This document shows positions 20,655-30,701 of a stretch of 64,000 nt of DNA, one piece after another. The notes beneath the pieces were generated by a model. That model saw nothing but the letters and a program-made list of their open reading frames with translations. It was not told the origin of the DNA and did not search any database. The stretch is from Chloroflexota bacterium (GTDB lineage Bacteria; Chloroflexota; Dehalococcoidia; Lucifugimonadales; UBA3495), in contig VXOH01000008.1 of assembly GCA_009840135.1 (NCBI GenBank), forward strand, positions 5,450 to 69,449, read 5' to 3'. Positions within the stretch are counted from its first letter, which is position 1. Every line of letters begins with the position of its first letter. The position numbers were made by a program, and so were the translations under genes.

Positions 20655-22280
20655 ATGGCAGACAAGCAGCTGATTTTTGACGACCAGGCCCGGGCCAGCC
20701 TGATGAAAGGCGTAGATGAACTGGGCAGGGTTGTAGGTCTAACCCTGGGTCCCAGCGGCAGAAACGTGCTGTTGAACCGCATGTGGTCTCTGCCCGTGGT
20801 TTGCAGTGACGGCGTCACCATTGCCAAAGAGGTGGAACTGCCCGACGTTTACGAGAACATGGGCGCCCAGTTGGTCAAAGAGGCCGCCTCCAAGACCAAT
20901 GATGTCGTGGGCGACGGGACCACAACCTCCGTCGTCCTGGCCAGGTCCCTGGTCCGGCAGGGTTTCATGAATATCGCGGCCGGCGCCAACGGCATGACCC
21001 TGAAGATCGGCATAGACAAGGCCGTCAACGCGGTTGTCCAGGAGATTGGCCGAAGCGCCATCCCGGTTGAGAACCAGGAACAGGTTGCCAGGGTGGCCGC
21101 TTTGTCCGCTCACGAGGAGGGCATAGCCGCCCAGATTGCCGAGGCCATGGACAAGGTCGGGCGTGAAGGCGTAATTACGGTCGAAGAATCCAAGTCAATG
21201 ATTGACGAGTTGGATATCGTGGAAGGGATGCGACTGGACCGCGGTTATTTGTCGCCCCATTTCGTTACAGATCCCCAACGCATGGAGGTGGTGCTGGACG
21301 AACCCCTGGTTCTAATCACAGATACCAAGGTCTCATCGGTAAACGACATAGTTTCCACGCTGGAAAAGGTTTCGCAAGCCGGCGGTCGGCCTCTCGCCAT
21401 CATCGCCGAAGATGTGGAAGGCGAGGCGCTGGCCACCCTGGTAGTGAACAAACTGCGGGGCACCATCAGCTGCGTTGCCATCAAGGCTCCCGGGTTCGGT
21501 GACCGGCGCAAGGCTCTGCTGGAAGACATCGCTGTGATGACGGGGGCGACCGTAATCAGCAACGACACCGGCCTCTCCCTGGACTCCGTGGAAATCAACC
21601 AACTGGGCTCCGCGCGCCGTATCGTGGCCTTGAAGGATGAAACGACCATAGTGGAAGGCAGGGGAGTTCCCGAAGACACCGAGTCCAGAGTTGCCCAGAT
21701 ACGCGTGCAGATTGAAGAAACCACCTCCGACTACGACCGGGAGAAGCTGCAGGAAAGGCTGGCGGCCCTGGTAGGCGGCGTGGCGGTCATCCGGGTGGGA
21801 GCGGCTACGGAACCGGAAATGAACGAGCGCAAGTCTCGGGCTGAAGACGCTCTCTCAGCAACCCGGGCCGCCGTCGAAGAAGGGATCGTACCCGGAGGCG
21901 GTGTAACCTTGGTCAGGGCAGAGCAATCTGTCGACGACCTGGCATGTTCCTTGTCCGGCGACGAGGCCCTGGGCGCCCGGCTGGTGAGGGACGCGCTGGC
22001 TGAACCCCTGATGCTCATCGCCGACAACGCAGGCCACCCCGGCCAGGTTGTCCTCGACCGGGTCAGGGACGGCGAGGGCGATTGGGGTTTCGACGCCGAA
22101 AAGGGTGAATTTACCCACCTGGTCCAGTCCGGAATCATAGACCCGGCCATGGTAACCCGTTCGGCGTTGCAGAACGCCGGCAGCATCGCCGGAATGTTGT
22201 TGACCACCCAGGCCGTCGTTGCGGAGATTCCCGTATTCAAGCCCTTGCCGGCCGACGTCCACGACTTCATGCACGACTAA
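20655..22280 (+). CDS. groEL: Chaperonin GroEL (60 kDa), with no adjacent groES
   Basis: The segments [22 protein letters not shown]-like [12 protein letters not shown] and [15 protein letters not shown] are present. The C-terminus ends ...[10 protein letters not shown] instead of a GGM repeat. Confidence 0.95.
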   Translation: MADKQLIFDDQARASLMKGVDELGRVVGLTLGPSGRNVLLNRMWSLPVVCSDGVTIAKEVELPDVYENMGAQLVKEAASKTNDVVGDGTTTSVVLARSLVRQGFMNIAAGANGMTLKIGIDKAVNAVVQEIGRSAIPVENQEQVARVAALSAHEEGIAAQIAEAMDKVGREGVITVEESKSMIDELDIVEGMRLDRGYLSPHFVTDPQRMEVVLDEPLVLITDTKVSSVNDIVSTLEKVSQAGGRPLAIIAEDVEGEALATLVVNKLRGTISCVAIKAPGFGDRRKALLEDIAVMTGATVISNDTGLSLDSVEINQLGSARRIVALKDETTIVEGRGVPEDTESRVAQIRVQIEETTSDYDREKLQERLAALVGGVAVIRVGAATEPEMNERKSRAEDALSATRAAVEEGIVPGGGVTLVRAEQSVDDLACSLSGDEALGARLVRDALAEPLMLIADNAGHPGQVVLDRVRDGEGDWGFDAEKGEFTHLVQSGIIDPAMVTRSALQNAGSIAGMLLTTQAVVAEIPVFKPLPADVHDFMHD

Positions 22281-22352
22281 TCGCGCTACTGGAATTTCTA
22301 GGGTGCGGGAAAGCTGCAAGATTGCAAACGCACCTCAGCGTCAGGGTTGCAT

Positions 22353-22393
22353 TGCGGGGAGCCTGGATGGATATGGCTCCCCGCACCGTTTTT
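22353..22393 (+). terminator. Rho-independent terminator after groEL
   Basis: The stem TGCGGGGAGCC / GGCTCCCCGCA is followed by CCGTTTTTC. Confidence 0.75.
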
Positions 22394-22417
22394 CTGAGGT
22401 AAATTGGGGGTAGAAGA

Positions 22418-22948
22418 TTGGAAGGAGCTGCGCTGGACCGGGCAACAATCCGGGATCTAATCACCATGCCCCGGGGAGGCAGCTTGCCGTTGGTGGAAGG
22501 ATTGTTCGACTTGGAAGAACAGCTGCAACCCAACGGCATTGACCTTTGCCTCGATACGGTCGCTCGCATTCTGTCTCCGGGCGCCATCGGCAGAGACAAC
22601 ATGGACAGGAAAATTCCGGAAACTGAGCTCGTCAATTTCGGATCCGACGAATGGGTGGAGCTTCCCCAGGGTCCCTACCTGGTTTCCTTCATTGAGGTGG
22701 TCAACATTCCCTTGGACCTTATGGCCCTGGCTCGGCCTCGGTCCAGCCTGGGACGCAGCGGCGTCAGCATTCACCCAGGGGTTTGGGATGCCGGCTACTC
22801 AGGCCGTTCGCAGGCGCTGCTAAACATCAGCAATCCGGGAGGCTATCGCATGCAGCGGGGCGCCAGGATAATGCAGATGGTATTCTTTCGATTGGAGAAG
22901 CCGTTAGAGCAAGGGTACCTGGGCCGTTACCAGGATGAGGGATTATAG
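22418..22948 (+). CDS. dCTP deaminase / dUTPase superfamily protein (Dcd-like)
   Basis: 176 aa. The segments NGIDLCLD, ALARPRSSLGRSGV and ARIMQMVFF are typical of the trimeric dUTPase/Dcd fold. Confidence 0.7.
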   Translation: MEGAALDRATIRDLITMPRGGSLPLVEGLFDLEEQLQPNGIDLCLDTVARILSPGAIGRDNMDRKIPETELVNFGSDEWVELPQGPYLVSFIEVVNIPLDLMALARPRSSLGRSGVSIHPGVWDAGYSGRSQALLNISNPGGYRMQRGARIMQMVFFRLEKPLEQGYLGRYQDEGL

Positions 22949-22957
22949 GCGAGAGCT

Positions 22958-24121
22958 ATGTTAGAGTTCCCGAATAAAGGCGCCGCCACCTCGCTGGTAA
23001 AGGAATCTGCGTTGCAGGCCGGATTCGACCTGGTTCGAATAACCTCGGCTGAAGAGTTTTCCTCAGACCGTGAAGCTGCGCTTAAACGAATCAACGACGG
23101 CCTGATGGACGGTCTGCCGTGGTACACCCCAGAACGGGTTCGCCGTGGCACTTCTCCCGAAACATTGCTTCCGGGGGCCAGGTCAATAATCTGCCTGGCC
23201 CTGAACTACTTCCCGCAAGAGGTCACCAGCGATGAGGGGGCCACCGGCGGCGGCAGACTTGGGAAAATAGCCAGATACGCCCGAGGGAAAGACTATCATC
23301 GACTGATGAAGCGAAGGATGCGAAAACTGACGCTGGAGCTTGCAGAAAAACTGGGTAACCGGTTCTCGGCCAGATGGTACGTTGACGACGGCCCCATGCT
23401 TGATCGCTCCGCTGCAGCCAGGGCAGGTCTCGGCTGGTTCGGCAAGAACTCCAACCTGCTGACCCCGGAGTTGGGCTCATGGGTATTCCTGGGACAGATA
23501 ATTACGGACTTGGAACTGGACCCCGATCCACCCCTCAGGAAGAGTTGCGGTGATTGCGTGAGGTGCATGGATGCCTGTCCCACGGGCGCAATAACTACCC
23601 CCTATGTCATTGACAACAGCAAGTGCATCTCTTATCTGACCATCGAAAACCGTGGGCCAATTCCCGTCGAACTCAGGCCCAAAATGCTGGACTGGGTTTT
23701 TGGCTGCGACATCTGCCAGGAGGTCTGCCCGGTCAACCGAAAGGAACAACCGACCGGAGAGCCGGCTTTCTCACGACAGGAAATGACGGCGGTCAACCTT
23801 GTAGAAATTCTGGGGCTTTCAGAGGAAGCCTTCACCGAACGCTTCGGGGGCACCCCTGTCAAGAGGGCAAGAAGGAACGGTTTGCAACGCAATGCCTGCG
23901 TAGCCCTGGGGAATTTGAAGAGCATTGAGGCTGTTCCTGCCCTGGGAAGGGCGCTTCGGGAGAGCGAACCCTTGGTGAGAAGCCACGCCGCATGGGCCCT
24001 GGGCGAGATTGGAGGAGCAAAGGCGGTGTCCTTCCTGGAAGGGGCGACCCGGGAAGAAACCGACTGTGCAGTGATTGGGGAGATAAATTCAGCCCTGAAA
24101 CGTGCCAGTTCTCGAGGGTAA
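22958..24121 (+). CDS. queG: tRNA epoxyqueuosine(34) reductase
   Basis: Two 4Fe-4S motifs are present, CGDCVRCMDACPTGA and CDICQEVCPVN. The segment GLGWFGKNSNL and a C-terminal HEAT-like repeat are also present. Confidence 0.9.
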   Translation: MLEFPNKGAATSLVKESALQAGFDLVRITSAEEFSSDREAALKRINDGLMDGLPWYTPERVRRGTSPETLLPGARSIICLALNYFPQEVTSDEGATGGGRLGKIARYARGKDYHRLMKRRMRKLTLELAEKLGNRFSARWYVDDGPMLDRSAAARAGLGWFGKNSNLLTPELGSWVFLGQIITDLELDPDPPLRKSCGDCVRCMDACPTGAITTPYVIDNSKCISYLTIENRGPIPVELRPKMLDWVFGCDICQEVCPVNRKEQPTGEPAFSRQEMTAVNLVEILGLSEEAFTERFGGTPVKRARRNGLQRNACVALGNLKSIEAVPALGRALRESEPLVRSHAAWALGEIGGAKAVSFLEGATREETDCAVIGEINSALKRASSRG

Positions 24122-24302
24122 GTTAGGCCCTATCTCAGGCCTGGGCGGTAGAGCATCCTTGGCGCTTCGCCTTTACCGGATGCATTTTCAAGAACTACCC
24201 AATGCCTCGGCCCAGGCATGTAAGGGAAACCTCCGGAACGGCGCCATCCCTTCCTGACTTTCCCCCATAGAGTGGGTAAGGGTCTTGAATCAGGCTTTGG
24301 TT

Positions 24303-24872
24303 TCAGGCCTGGGCCGCGCTGGGGGCAGCCTTTGGCGCTGCGTCCCTGCGGCCGCCCGACCTTCGTTGCTTGCGATTCCGGCTGCCCGTAGCCACGGGCG
24401 CGGGAGGAGCATCCCTCAGATATTCCCGGCCGAACTTCAGCTTCTTCATCTCCTCTTCGATAAGGAAGAAGTCACCCTTCGGCAGCAGATGCAGGTTGCC
24501 CTGGAAGGCCATATACCAGTCTTCAGGAGGCCAGCGCCGTACGTAGTCCAGGCGGTGGGCAAGTAGACCTGCAGTAATGTATTGCTCCTCGTCCAGAACC
24601 AGCTCCGGCTTAATCTCTATCAGATAGGGCCAGGTGGCGCTGCCTTCGTTTTGCCAGACGCTGGATTCTACCTCTTTGTAGGAAGCGGTTACGGTGGCCG
24701 TGGCGGCGAATTTGCGAATCCCGAATACGTAGAACAGCAACCTGTCTTCCTTCTCCACTCGCTGGACCTTGCGGCGGTACTCGGACTTCAAGCCCTGTTT
24801 TGTAAACTCAAGGCCGCGGGTAATGTTGAAGTTCTCCTCGTTACATGTAATCATCCAAAAGTTTCTGGGCAT
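24303..24872 (-). CDS. EVE (PUA-like) domain protein with a basic low-complexity C-terminal tail
   Basis: The EVE-type pattern reads MPRNFWMITCNEENF...EDRLLFYVFGIRKFAATATV...WPYLIEIKP. The tail is GSRNRKQRRSGGRRDAAPKAAP. Confidence 0.6.
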   Translation of the reverse strand: MPRNFWMITCNEENFNITRGLEFTKQGLKSEYRRKVQRVEKEDRLLFYVFGIRKFAATATVTASYKEVESSVWQNEGSATWPYLIEIKPELVLDEEQYITAGLLAHRLDYVRRWPPEDWYMAFQGNLHLLPKGDFFLIEEEMKKLKFGREYLRDAPPAPVATGSRNRKQRRSGGRRDAAPKAAPSAAQA

Positions 24873-25128
24873 GGCATCCCTCGTTGCTCTACCGAAGCAA
24901 GGCTGCTTCGGTGCAGGTCCTCGTCCCTCAGTGGGACGTTGGTCAATAAAGAAAGTTGAACGAAATCTTTGCTACTACCTATTCTAGCATGGGTATGGCC
25001 ATCGCTCGTTCGCCAGGGGAGCAGAATGCCGATAGCCAAGCGTTGTCCCACATTGCGGAATTAGTGTAACATCTTCCCGAACACAGACGGACTGCCGCTT
25101 GGCGCTTCGTTCAGGAGGAATTAAGAGC

Positions 25129-26301
25129 ATGACCTCAAGCTCGACCGGTCAAAGGGATATCGCCATTGTGGGTGTGGCTGAGTCCGACGAAATGGGTACG
25201 GTGCCCAATAAATCATCCCTGCAGCACCACGCTGAAGCCGCTTACAATGCGCTGGAAGACGCCGGCATCGCCAAATCCGAGGTTAACGGACTCTTAACCG
25301 CAGGTTTCTCCACCCTGGCCACTGCGGAATACATGGGAATTCAGCCTGGGTTTACGGATAACACCTCGGTGGGCGGTTCTTCCTTCGTGATACACGTAGC
25401 CCATGCCGCCGCCGCCATCCGAGCCGGCTATTGCGACACCGTCCTTATCACCCACGGCCAGGCGGGTCGCTCCACCCGGGCAAGGATACCTGCGGACCCC
25501 AATCTGCCGGTGGCCCAGTACGAGTCTCCTTACGGCCTGATCGGCCAGCCCATTAACTACTCAATGGCCTGCACCCGGTATATGCACGAGTACGGCGAGG
25601 ACCGCACCAGGGAAGCCATGGCGGAAATAGCGGTTTCCACCCGCAAGTGGGCGAACCTCAACCCCAAGGCGGTCATGCACGAAACCCCGATGAGCTTTGA
25701 CGACTACCATAACTCCCGCTGGGTTTCCTGGCCCTTTCATCTGTTTGACTGCTGCCTCGTTACCGATTCGGGGGCGGCCATTGTGGTCACAACTGCCGAA
25801 AAGGCGGCCAACTGCAAGAAGGCGCCGGTGTGGCTTTTGGGAGCTGCAGAGGGTCACGACCATAACCTTATCAGCGCCATGCCCTCTTATACCTCCCTGA
25901 TAGCGCGCGAAACCGGCCCGAACGCGCTGCAGCGGGCAGGTGTGACCCACGACGATATTGACGTGACCCTGATTTACGACTCCTTCACCTACACTGTGAT
26001 GCTGTCGCTGGAGGGCCTGGGATTCTGCGGCCCTGGAGAAGCTCCCGACTTTGTGGCTGGCCAGCGGACGGCACCGGGTGGAGACTTCCCCCTGAACACG
26101 GCGGGCGGCGGCCTCTCCTATACCCATCCGGGTATGTACGGCAGCTTTCTGCTCGTCGAGGCTGTTCGGCAGTTGCGCGGAGAGGGCGAAGACCGCCAGG
26201 TTAAGGCCAAGGACGGCAGCGACAGTCCCAGGATTTCCCTGGTAAACGGCACCGGCGGTTCGCTGTCTTCAACAGGAACGGTGGTGCTGGCCAGGGACTA
26301 G
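25129..26301 (+). CDS. Thiolase-like protein (SCP-x / lipid-transfer type thiolase)
   Basis: The thiolase fold pattern is present and the C-terminus reads NTAGGGLSYTHPGMYG. The ATG at 25129 is preceded by AGGAGG. Confidence 0.75.
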   Translation: MTSSSTGQRDIAIVGVAESDEMGTVPNKSSLQHHAEAAYNALEDAGIAKSEVNGLLTAGFSTLATAEYMGIQPGFTDNTSVGGSSFVIHVAHAAAAIRAGYCDTVLITHGQAGRSTRARIPADPNLPVAQYESPYGLIGQPINYSMACTRYMHEYGEDRTREAMAEIAVSTRKWANLNPKAVMHETPMSFDDYHNSRWVSWPFHLFDCCLVTDSGAAIVVTTAEKAANCKKAPVWLLGAAEGHDHNLISAMPSYTSLIARETGPNALQRAGVTHDDIDVTLIYDSFTYTVMLSLEGLGFCGPGEAPDFVAGQRTAPGGDFPLNTAGGGLSYTHPGMYGSFLLVEAVRQLRGEGEDRQVKAKDGSDSPRISLVNGTGGSLSSTGTVVLARD

Positions 26302-26355
26302 CAATTTTATAGTCGGCGAAAAATACCATTAAATACCCAGGGGTTGAACTAATCC

Positions 26356-27447
26356 ATGGACATAGGAATTATCGGTCTTCCTCTCTCGGGGAAGACCACC
26401 GTATTCAACGCTTTGACCCGCGGCCACGCTGATACCAGCGGAGCCAGCGGGTCAGCTACTGAAATGCACCTCGGAGTGGTGAAGGTACCCGACCCCAGGC
26501 TGGAAGTTCTGTCGGGTATGTACAACCCTCGCAAGGTTGTGCCCGCGGAGATTAAATACTGGGACGTACCGGGGCCGGAATCCCTGGCCAAGTCCCAGGG
26601 TATCGTGGGCAAGTACCGCAACATCCTGCAGGGGGCAGACGCTTTCCTGCTGGTTGTTCGGGCCTTTGATAATCCGGCAGTGGCCCACCCCCTGGTTTCT
26701 GTTGAACCCGGTCGGGACGTGGAGGCCATGGTCGGCGAACTTACGTTTGCCGACCTGGAGGTTATGGAACGGGCCACCGAAAGGCTGGAAGATGGCATGA
26801 TGAAGGCCAAACCTGCGGAGCGCCCAGCCATGACCAGGCAATTGGAAGCCGTGCGGAAGGCAAGGGAAGGCCTGGAAGCCGGTGTGCCGCTTCGTTCCCA
26901 GTCATTGACCGAGTCGGAGTCAGCTATCCTGGATATTTACCAGTTACTGACCCAAAAACCGGTCATAGTTGTTTTCAACACCGATGAGGACGGCGAGGAA
27001 CCTTCCCTGGCTGAGTTGGACCTGGCGCTGCCGGCAGGAGTAAAACTGGGTGAGGTATGCCTGAGCGCCAAGTTGGAAGCCGAACTGGCGTTGATGTCCG
27101 AGGAGGAGGATGAGGAATTCAGGGCCGACCTCGGGTTGGACGAATCAGCCATGACCAAGGTTATACGAACCAGTTACAGTACCCTGGGACTGATTTCCTT
27201 TCTGACAGTGGGACCGGACGAGGTGCGGGCCTGGAGTGTGCCCGAGGGAATCGGAGCGCAGGAGGCGGCAGGGACTATTCACACGGACTTTGTTCGCGGA
27301 TTCATACGGGCTGAAGTAATTCCCTATGAAGACCTCCGACGCTGCGGCAACATCGCCCAGGGTCGGAAGGAGGGAGCCTTGCGCTCCGAGGGCAAGGCAT
27401 ACCAGGTAAGGGATGGCGACGTAATCAATTTCCTGATTAACGTCTGA
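26356..27447 (+). CDS. ychF: Redox-regulated ATPase YchF (Obg-like)
   Basis: The G1 motif is GIIGLPLSGKTTVFNALT. A coiled-coil insert is present, and the TGS-like C-terminus reads YQVRDGDVINF. Confidence 0.85.
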   Translation: MDIGIIGLPLSGKTTVFNALTRGHADTSGASGSATEMHLGVVKVPDPRLEVLSGMYNPRKVVPAEIKYWDVPGPESLAKSQGIVGKYRNILQGADAFLLVVRAFDNPAVAHPLVSVEPGRDVEAMVGELTFADLEVMERATERLEDGMMKAKPAERPAMTRQLEAVRKAREGLEAGVPLRSQSLTESESAILDIYQLLTQKPVIVVFNTDEDGEEPSLAELDLALPAGVKLGEVCLSAKLEAELALMSEEEDEEFRADLGLDESAMTKVIRTSYSTLGLISFLTVGPDEVRAWSVPEGIGAQEAAGTIHTDFVRGFIRAEVIPYEDLRRCGNIAQGRKEGALRSEGKAYQVRDGDVINFLINV

Positions 27448-27467
27448 GCCGTTGTTTGACTTGTCAG

Positions 27468-27986
27468 ATGCCGACAATCAGGACATTCCGGCCTGAGGAT
27501 TCCGCCACAGTTCGGCGCCTGTTTGCCGCGGGACAGCGGGACTTTTCGGCAGGTCTTGAGGCTGAAGTTGAAGCATACATCTGCCTATCCCTCAACGCGG
27601 ACCTCTCCGATATTCAACGCCACTACCTTGCGGTTAACGGGTCCCATTTCTGGGTCGCGGAATCAATGCTTGAGGTCGTTGGCATGGTGGGGGTGCAAAG
27701 ACTTAGCAATGAAGAGGCAGAACTGCGCCGGATGAGCGTTGCTTCTCACGCCCGCAGGCAAGGCATAGAGCAAAGGTTGCTGGAGACTGTGGAGGGCCAT
27801 TGCCTGGAAGAGGGATTCAGCAGGATGGTCCTCTCCACCGTTACGCAGCTGCAGCCTGCCATTGCCATGTATCAGAAAGCAGGGTTCCGATTGGACCGGG
27901 AGGAACCCTACGGGTCAATGACGGTTAGGTATTTCGTAAAGGACCTGAATGGACCTACTGCTTCTCCAGGGGGCGGGCAAAGCTGA
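27468..27986 (+). CDS. GNAT family N-acetyltransferase
   Basis: The acetyl-CoA binding motif context is RRMSVASHARRQGIEQRLL. The ATG at 27468 is preferred over the TTG at 27456. Confidence 0.75.
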   Translation: MPTIRTFRPEDSATVRRLFAAGQRDFSAGLEAEVEAYICLSLNADLSDIQRHYLAVNGSHFWVAESMLEVVGMVGVQRLSNEEAELRRMSVASHARRQGIEQRLLETVEGHCLEEGFSRMVLSTVTQLQPAIAMYQKAGFRLDREEPYGSMTVRYFVKDLNGPTASPGGGQS

Positions 27987-28338
27987 GTTCATGTCCATCC
28001 GGGTCGAAGATGTGAAAATATCGCTCTCCCCAGGGAGCATCGGCAGGATCGGTGTCGCTCTTCAATCCCTGGCTCACCAGTTGGGCATGGAGTTCATCCA
28101 CGTCGTCCACGTAGAAGATGACCCTTCCCCACCAGCCAACCGGTTGGTCGGTGGCGATAAGGTTGAGGTAGCCGCCACCGATTCCAAAGCTGGTAAATCC
28201 GGCGCTTTCGCCGCCATACAGCATATTCAGTCCTACCAGGTCTCGATAGAAGACCACGGACCGAGCCATGTCTTTAACCGAGAGGGTAACAGCGCTGATA
28301 CTCTCAACCGGCAAATTTTTCTCCTCAATGAACAACAC
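27955..28338 (-). CDS. VOC family protein (glyoxalase/bleomycin-resistance fold)
   Basis: 127 aa. The segments VKDMARSVVFYRDLVGL and FDPDGHELSF are present. Confidence 0.75.
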   Translation of the reverse strand: MLFIEEKNLPVESISAVTLSVKDMARSVVFYRDLVGLNMLYGGESAGFTSFGIGGGYLNLIATDQPVGWWGRVIFYVDDVDELHAQLVSQGLKSDTDPADAPWGERYFHIFDPDGHELSFARPLEKQ

Positions 28339-28356
28339 TGATATAATGAGCGCGAA

Positions 28357-29256
28357 ATGACACCCTACGTTAATGGTAACAAACAGGCCAAAGCTGAGGC
28401 AAAACCCGGAGCGCTGAAATCAGGCGCTTTGGAGGAGGCTTGGCAACGACTGGAATCCATTCTTCAGGATATGGAGTCCGTCATCGTTGCTTTTTCGGGG
28501 GGCGTGGACAGCGCCCTGCTGGCTTACGCCGCTCACCGGACCCTGGGAAGCTGTTCCTTGGCCGTAACTGCGGTTTCTCCCGCCCTTGCAAGCAGAGAGC
28601 TTGAAATCGCGACCAGCCTGGCCGCCCAATTGGGGTTTGCTCACCGCACCATCCGAACGTCGGAACTGGAGCGGGAAGGCTACGCGGCCAATGCCCCCAA
28701 CCGCTGCTATTTCTGCAAGACGGAATTGTATTCACACCTCTGCCAGATGGCGAGAGCCGAAGGCTACGCCTGGGTGGCCAACGGGGCAAACCTGGACGAC
28801 CTGGGAGATTATCGCCCGGGACTGCTGGCCGCCGAGGAAAACCAGGTGCGCAGCCCCCTCGTCGAAGCGGCCATGGACAAGGAAATGGTCAGGGAGATGG
28901 CCCTGGGCCTGGAGATTCCGGTCTGGGATAAGCCTGCACAACCCTGCCTTTCTTCCCGGATACCTTATGGCATTCCAGTTACTGCGGAAACTCTGTCCAA
29001 GATAGAGCGCGCCGAGGACTACTTGAAGAGCCTGGGCCTCCGGGAGGTTCGGGCCCGGCACCACGATAACCATTGCCGGGTAGAAGTAGCGGAATCAGAG
29101 ATGGAATTGGCTTTCGCGCATCGCCGGGAGATCTCCGCCAACCTTAAGCGGATTGGCTACCTGTGGATTTCCCTGGACCTTTCGGGGATGAGGTCCGGCA
29201 GCCTTAATGACCAGTTGGGTACGTCTATACCGGTGAAGGGCTCCCCTATTCAGTAG
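28357..29256 (+). CDS. larE: LarE, ATP-dependent sulfur transferase for nickel-pincer cofactor synthesis (PP-loop ATPase)
   Basis: The PP-loop is VAFSGGVDSALLA. The segments NRCYFCK (CxxC) and QPCLSSRIPYG (the conserved Cys of LarE) are present. Confidence 0.85.
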   Translation: MTPYVNGNKQAKAEAKPGALKSGALEEAWQRLESILQDMESVIVAFSGGVDSALLAYAAHRTLGSCSLAVTAVSPALASRELEIATSLAAQLGFAHRTIRTSELEREGYAANAPNRCYFCKTELYSHLCQMARAEGYAWVANGANLDDLGDYRPGLLAAEENQVRSPLVEAAMDKEMVREMALGLEIPVWDKPAQPCLSSRIPYGIPVTAETLSKIERAEDYLKSLGLREVRARHHDNHCRVEVAESEMELAFAHRREISANLKRIGYLWISLDLSGMRSGSLNDQLGTSIPVKGSPIQ

Positions 29257-29379
29257 CATCTGGTTCTCCCTTCTTTGGGATTGAAATACGACCATGACAA
29301 CTTGGTTCCAAGTCGAAGAAACTATCGCAAAACCGGTACTGGCTGACCCAACGGGTACTCTATCCTTCCTTTTCGCCGT

Positions 29380-29410
29380 CACCCTAACCCTCCCCCTGTG
29401 GGAGAGGGGA
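29380..29410. repeat. REP-like GC-rich imperfect hairpin element, copy 1
   Basis: CACCCTAACCCTCCCCCTGTGGGAGAGGGGA is closely related to the element at 49891..49930. Confidence 0.7.
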
Positions 29411-29438
29411 ATTCTGAGATAGTTGCTAAGGTAGTTCC

Positions 29439-30650
29439 ATGAAAGCGGCCTACATACAGTCCATCGGGGGCGCCAGCGGAGATATGCTCCTGGGCGCCCT
29501 TATTGATTTGGGACTTTCGGTGGAAGCACTGCAGGAAGGTTTGTCGCTCCTGAGTATCAATGGATACGAACTTTCGGCAGCGCAGGAGCACAGGTGTGAG
29601 ATCCGAGGTACAAAGCTCTCAGTTACGCTATCGGAGGACATCAAGCACTCCCCCAGGGCGCTTTCGGGAGTTGTTGCCTCCAGCGACCTGCCCAAACCGG
29701 TAAAGGACAACGCACTTCGGATACTGCGTAACCTCTGGCGTGCCGAGGCCCGGGTACATGGCGAAGAGTCCGGGGACCTCGAACTGGAAGAACTGGGCAC
29801 GGTTGATACCCTGGTTGATATTGCAGGATTTGCCTGGGGCTTGCATCATCTAGGCATTGACCAGGTTTATTCTGCTCCGCTAGTACTGGGGGCTTCATCT
29901 CCCCCGCGCTGGCCGGGGGGGTACTCCAATCCGGCCCCGGCAACCCTGGAACTAGTGGCGGCGGCGGCGGCCCCGATTTCGCCCGAACTGCCGATGCACC
30001 AGGGTGCAGGCGAGCTTACCACCCCTACCGGAGCTGCAATAATCACCTCCCTGGCCAGATTTGAGAGGCCGGCCATGACCGTTGAAGGAGTCGGGGTGGG
30101 GCTTGGCGGCAAGAATCCCGAGGCCTTTCCCAACGTCGTACGAATCTGGCTGGGAAGCACCGAACCGGCAGAATTGCCTGGAAAATCGGTGGCGCCAAAG
30201 CAGGGAAATATTGTTCTACTGGAAACCAACCTGGATGACGCAACCGGAGAGATTCTGGGTTATGCCCAGGAAAGGCTTTTCGACCTTGGCGCGCTGGACG
30301 TCTGGCATACGCCCATCCAGATGAAGAAGAACCGGCCAGGCGTCCTCCTCTCGGTTCTTTTGCCCAGGGAACTGGAAAACGATTGCGTAGAGCTGCTGCT
30401 GAGGGAGACCCCGACCCTGGGGATTCGGAGTCGGGCGGTGGAAAGATACGCCGCAGAGCGGAGAACGGAGACGCTGGAAACCGAATGGGGAAAAGTCCGC
30501 GTCAAAATTAAGTACCTGGCCGGAGAGCCTGTGGCCGCTTCGCCGGAATACGAGGACTGCCGGCAAATTGCCATGAACAAGGGTGTGCCTTTTCAGGCTC
30601 TCTACAAAGAGGTTGAAGGCTCGGCCCGCTTGCGTTACCTGACAAAATGA
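29439..30650 (+). CDS. larC: LarC, nickel insertion protein for nickel-pincer cofactor synthesis (DUF111)
   Basis: The N-terminus is MKAAYIQSIGGASGDMLLGALIDLG. 403 aa, with the typical two-domain LarC length. Confidence 0.9.
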   Translation: MKAAYIQSIGGASGDMLLGALIDLGLSVEALQEGLSLLSINGYELSAAQEHRCEIRGTKLSVTLSEDIKHSPRALSGVVASSDLPKPVKDNALRILRNLWRAEARVHGEESGDLELEELGTVDTLVDIAGFAWGLHHLGIDQVYSAPLVLGASSPPRWPGGYSNPAPATLELVAAAAAPISPELPMHQGAGELTTPTGAAIITSLARFERPAMTVEGVGVGLGGKNPEAFPNVVRIWLGSTEPAELPGKSVAPKQGNIVLLETNLDDATGEILGYAQERLFDLGALDVWHTPIQMKKNRPGVLLSVLLPRELENDCVELLLRETPTLGIRSRAVERYAAERRTETLETEWGKVRVKIKYLAGEPVAASPEYEDCRQIAMNKGVPFQALYKEVEGSARLRYLTK

Positions 30651-30701
30651 TGAGCAAGCCGTGGGGAAAGAAAAGTAGAAACCACCGTCAAGAAAATACC
30701 G

